Shown piece by piece: positions 61,056 through 64,000 of a DNA stretch of 64,000 nt. The position numbers and the translations under genes were made by a program. How positions within the stretch are numbered: position 1 is the stretch's first letter; every line of letters begins with the position of its first letter. The notes below the pieces were generated by a model, which searched no databases, had not been told where the DNA came from, and saw nothing but the letters and a program-made list of their open reading frames with translations. Source of the DNA: Candidatus Saccharimonadales bacterium (GTDB taxonomy: Bacteria; Patescibacteriota; Saccharimonadia; Saccharimonadales; JACDFO01); the NCBI GenBank assembly GCA_038255465.1, contig JBBSLJ010000004.1:6-64005 (forward strand), written 5' to 3'.

Positions 61056-61812
61056 GCTCGACCAAGCAGTAGTCACGCATCGTTTGGTACCGACAAGGAG
61101 TCAGGCCGAAAGCTTTATTAAGCTTGGGGCAGTGACGGTAAACGACAAGGTGATTACCAAACCCGGATTTTTAGTAGCCGAGCAGGACAAAATTAAACTT
61201 ACGGCTACTGAACAATATGTAGGCCGCGCAGGGCTTAAGCTGGCTTCTGTTGCTCGTAGCTTAAAGCTCGATTTTAATGGCAAAGTTATGCTTGATGTCG
61301 GTTCAAGTACGGGCGGGTTTACGGACTATGCGTTGCAACACGGAGCCAAAAAAGTACTTGCAGTTGATGTCGGAACCGAGCAACTGCACCCTAAATTACG
61401 CACGGACGAGCGCGTAGAGCTGCACGAAAAAACTGACATACGCGACGTTTGGCTACGCCAAACAAAGCTTGGAGTAGCGAGTACTGAGCGGCGAGTACAA
61501 ATTGAAGCGCCAGACATCATTTTAATAGATGTAAGCTTCATCTCTTTAAGGGTTATTCTTCCTCATATCTCAAAACTCATGACTCAAAACTCAATACTTG
61601 TTGCTATGTTTAAGCCTCAGTTTGAAGCTGAAAATAGTGGCTTCAAACACAAGGGTGTTATTAAAAATGATGCAATGCGCCGGGAAACAGTTAAAGACTT
61701 CGAGGTCTGGGCACAAAAATTATTCATCATTACCAGTAAGGCTGATTCCGAAGTCGCAGGCGCCAAAGGCAACCGCGAACGGTTCTATTTGCTCAAGAAG
61801 CTGAAGTCTTAG
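61036..61812 (+). CDS. tlyA: TlyA-family rRNA 2'-O-methyltransferase (S4 + FtsJ-like domains)
   Basis: RLDQAVVTHRLVPTRSQAESFIKLGAVTVN (S4), DVGSSTGGFTD (SAM motif I); GTG 61036 is the likely start. Confidence 0.85.
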   Translation: MSGSKTRLDQAVVTHRLVPTRSQAESFIKLGAVTVNDKVITKPGFLVAEQDKIKLTATEQYVGRAGLKLASVARSLKLDFNGKVMLDVGSSTGGFTDYALQHGAKKVLAVDVGTEQLHPKLRTDERVELHEKTDIRDVWLRQTKLGVASTERRVQIEAPDIILIDVSFISLRVILPHISKLMTQNSILVAMFKPQFEAENSGFKHKGVIKNDAMRRETVKDFEVWAQKLFIITSKADSEVAGAKGNRERFYLLKKLKS

Positions 61813-61879
61813 GGGAGAGCAGCCCGAGACTTTGGCTTTGCCAAAGCCCGGCGCGTTGAGAGGCGGTGTCCCCTCTCAA
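61812..61879 (-). repeat. Repeat family 1, copy D (inverted orientation; sense with the Crp-like gene 3' end)
   Basis: Reverse complement TTGAGAGGGGACACCGCCTCTCAACGCGCCGGGCTTTGGCAAAGCCAAAGTCTCGGGCTGCTCTCCCC. Confidence 0.8.
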
Positions 61880-61908
61880 GGTAGATAATAGGGAAAGATT
61901 TTATCTGC

Positions 61909-62562
61909 TTAAGACTCTAAGTAAGCGGTAAGTTTTTTTACGTCACGAAGTATTACGTACTGCGGGTTAGTAATAATTAGACCCTTTTTCTCTAATAACG
62001 ACAGTTCGCGGCTGGTTGTTTCTCGCGAGGAATTGATTGAGCTGGCGATATCATGTTGCCGCAGCGGCAGATCAATCAGTATGCCTTCGGGATGCTCTTT
62101 GCCAAACCGTGTGGACATTGTCAGCATAAACGACACAAGGCGCTCTCGTACCGAACGGTATTCAAGGTTAATGATTCGTTCGCTATGCAGGCGGTACATT
62201 TCTATTGTCATATCAAGTACGGCTGCTATATTTTCCGGGTTTTCCATTTCTTTTAAAAAATCCGGTCGGCTAATACGCCACAAGGTTGTAGGAACGATTG
62301 CCTGATAAATAACCGACCGTTCCTGCCCGGTAAGGGCCCATATAAGCGGAAAGACTTCTTCTTCTTTGCGTACAATTAACAGGTTGTCTTCGCCATATTT
62401 TGTAATGTCATAGGCCTTAACCAGACCTTTTTCGATTAAAAAAACGCCCGGAGGTGTATCTCCGGGTCTGATAATGAATTCTCCTTTTTGAAAAGACAGG
62501 CGCCTACCTCGATGGAAGGCTGCCCGAAGGGCTTTGTAGCGATCGTCTGGGCTACTGCTCAT
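61909..62562 (-). CDS. Crp/Fnr-family transcriptional regulator
   Basis: cNMP-binding beta-barrel (FQKGEFIIRPGD...VFLIEKGLVK) and C-terminal HTH (SRETTSRELSLLEKKGLI). Confidence 0.85.
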   Translation of the reverse strand: MSSSPDDRYKALRAAFHRGRRLSFQKGEFIIRPGDTPPGVFLIEKGLVKAYDITKYGEDNLLIVRKEEEVFPLIWALTGQERSVIYQAIVPTTLWRISRPDFLKEMENPENIAAVLDMTIEMYRLHSERIINLEYRSVRERLVSFMLTMSTRFGKEHPEGILIDLPLRQHDIASSINSSRETTSRELSLLEKKGLIITNPQYVILRDVKKLTAYLES

Positions 62563-62621
62563 AGTGTTTACAGTATGACACATATGCTTTTTGGCAACTA
62601 AGGTTTATTCGTTTAGCAACA

Positions 62622-62637
62622 TGTGAGTAATGTCACG
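62622..62637. promoter_or_regulatory. CRP/FNR-type box TGTGA-N6-TCACG
   Basis: TGTGAGTAATGTCACG, 15/16 fit to TGTGA-N6-TCACA symmetry, in the divergent region next to the Crp-like gene. Confidence 0.5.
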
Positions 62638-62714
62638 TAAAACAGGTGAGATAAATCGCCGACCGTTACCCCTATTTAAAGTACTATTAGCTTACACGTA
62701 ACCAGGAGGTGATT

Positions 62715-63365
62715 ATGGTTGGAACAAAAGAGTTACTAAGGCAATTTCATCTCCTAGGAGTAAGGCCGAGTATCTGGGCCAAAGCAGAGATTAAAGAGCT
62801 GGCCTATATCATGGTACCTGGTGAGCGGCTGACCCATATTGTCTTCGGCTGGTACGATAACGGCTTTGGACTACTATGCTGCACGGAGTACCGAGTACTT
62901 CTGATTGATAAAAGGCCGTTCTTTCTAAAACTTGAAGACCTCCGCTACGACAAGATATCAGAAGTGAAGTATCAAAGCAGAATGTTCGACTCCTGCGTGA
63001 CCCTATATTATGCGGGTATGGAACTAGAGTTTAAGAGCTGGAACCAAGGCGGCCTTCGAAAACTTACTAGCTACGTACAAGGAACGATTACGCACATTAA
63101 TCGCCAGCAGTGGCTAGTGCCAAGCGATGATTATGAAGACACGCGTCAGCAACAACCTGCGCCGGTTACCAGGCCTTCCCGAGCTTGGTCATATATGCAA
63201 CCGGACGTATCACAATCAATGTCTCAAGGGCTTAACACGTACCCGGAGGATTTGGTACAACAGGCTACGTTTGACCTTGGCCTTGTAAAGAATCCCTATG
63301 CCACAACTCATAAGTTTATGCGCCGTCGCATACCGCTTGTAGGTTTTAATCAAAGTTCACGTTAA
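62715..63365 (+). CDS. Bacterial PH-domain (YokE-like) protein with disordered C-terminus
   Basis: PGERLTHIVFGWYDNGFGLLCCTEYRVLLIDKRPFFLKLEDLRYDKISEVKY fits the bPH pattern; AGGAGG lies 5 nt upstream of ATG 62715. Confidence 0.65.
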   Translation: MVGTKELLRQFHLLGVRPSIWAKAEIKELAYIMVPGERLTHIVFGWYDNGFGLLCCTEYRVLLIDKRPFFLKLEDLRYDKISEVKYQSRMFDSCVTLYYAGMELEFKSWNQGGLRKLTSYVQGTITHINRQQWLVPSDDYEDTRQQQPAPVTRPSRAWSYMQPDVSQSMSQGLNTYPEDLVQQATFDLGLVKNPYATTHKFMRRRIPLVGFNQSSR

Positions 63366-63406
63366 AGCATTAGAAGTTTACTGTTTACTCCTGTTAAACT
63401 GCTTAC

Positions 63407-64000
63407 ATGTATTTCACGAATAGAGCAGAGGCGGGCCGCTTGCTAACCAAGAGCCTTGAAGCATACAAAGGCGAACAGATAGTTATTATGGCACTGAGCC
63501 CGGGCGCTGTTATTATTGGCGCTCAAATGGCAATGAAGTTGCACGGGAGCCTGACTCTGCTTCTGACGGAAAATATATTTTTGCCTGGTGAGTCCGACCC
63601 AATTGCAGCCCTGACTTCACCGGGAACATTCTCTTATAACAATATGTTTAGCCCCGGCCAAATCGAAGAGTACATTACCGAATACCATAACTTTATCGAA
63701 GAAAAGCGAATCGAAAAAATGCATCAGCTTAACGTTATCGTTGGCAAAGACGGCGAACTCGACAAAAATAAGTTGCGTAACCGAATAATTATTGTAGTTT
63801 CAGACGGGCTGTACAGCGGTTTTTCGCTTGATGTGGCTGCCTCGTACCTAAAAACGGTTGCCATTAAAAAATTAATCGTAGCTACTCCGATCGCCAGCGT
63901 AGCTGCCGTCGACCGAATGCACTTATTCGCAGATGAAATTGTTTGTCTAAGCGTTCTTGTCAATTATTTAAACACAGACCATTACTATGACGACAATACG
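63407..64000 (+). CDS. Phosphoribosyltransferase-like protein (COG1926 type), 3' end beyond the window
   Basis: Not in the ORF track because it has no stop: frame 2 is open from ATG 63407 to 64000; FTNRAEAGRLLTKSLEAYKG...IIIVVSDGLYSGFS pattern. Confidence 0.7.
   Translation, partial: MYFTNRAEAGRLLTKSLEAYKGEQIVIMALSPGAVIIGAQMAMKLHGSLTLLLTENIFLPGESDPIAALTSPGTFSYNNMFSPGQIEEYITEYHNFIEEKRIEKMHQLNVIVGKDGELDKNKLRNRIIIVVSDGLYSGFSLDVAASYLKTVAIKKLIVATPIASVAAVDRMHLFADEIVCLSVLVNYLNTDHYYDDNT

Noticed and set aside
1-64000. Search for CRISPR arrays, tRNA/rRNA genes, transposases, integrases, prophage genes, and known defence or toxin-antitoxin modules
   Set aside because: No tandem repeat-spacer array exists; the repeats are dispersed single copies. 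No cloverleaf-compatible sequence occurs in any gap over 60 nt. No ORF shows recombinase, transposase, phage-structural or recognisable defence motifs. This was done by eye and would be settled by tRNAscan-SE, Infernal and HMM scans.

Overview
The window is a gene-dense stretch of a streamlined bacterial chromosome. I call about 71 protein-coding genes and find no rRNA, tRNA, CRISPR array, transposase or integrase. Most genes are housekeeping: groL (3' part), argS, gdh, mscL, msrB, orn, dnaG, rpoD, polA, mutM, holA, rpsT, truB, an ABC-F ATPase, rpsO-pnp, rnj, ftsK, rpsF-rpsR, ssb, efp and tlyA. The gene content includes a sortase LPXTG substrate, TrmB regulators, a CarS-like enzyme, many short orphan genes, and many leaderless starts mixed with Shine-Dalgarno (SD)-led ones. 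This suggests a reduced-genome, Gram-positive-type lineage such as the Candidate Phyla Radiation / Saccharibacteria; that placement is inference only. I found no recognisable defence, toxin or mobile system. The observations most worth follow-up are these. (1) A minus-strand operon (6779-8794) encodes a CDP-alcohol phosphatidyltransferase, a PHP phosphoesterase and an archaeal-type CarS-like cytidylyltransferase. (2) A 163-nt multi-stem RNA structure sits inside that operon and buries the SD and GUG start of the PHP gene. (3) Two families of dispersed intergenic repeats occur, one of about 70 nt with a double hairpin and wobble pairs that indicate an RNA-level role. (4) Three DNA enzymes (DnaG, a COG3046 photolyase-like protein and a family-4-like UDG) have lost their canonical Cys metal ligands. 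(5) Two apparent pseudo-enzymes are present: a P-type-ATPase-like membrane protein without the phosphorylation site, and a DHH-like protein without DHH motifs fused to a long acidic tail. (6) Two TrmB paralogues each have a palindrome over the -35 box and a leaderless start. All family assignments come from motif recognition by eye; no database search was run.
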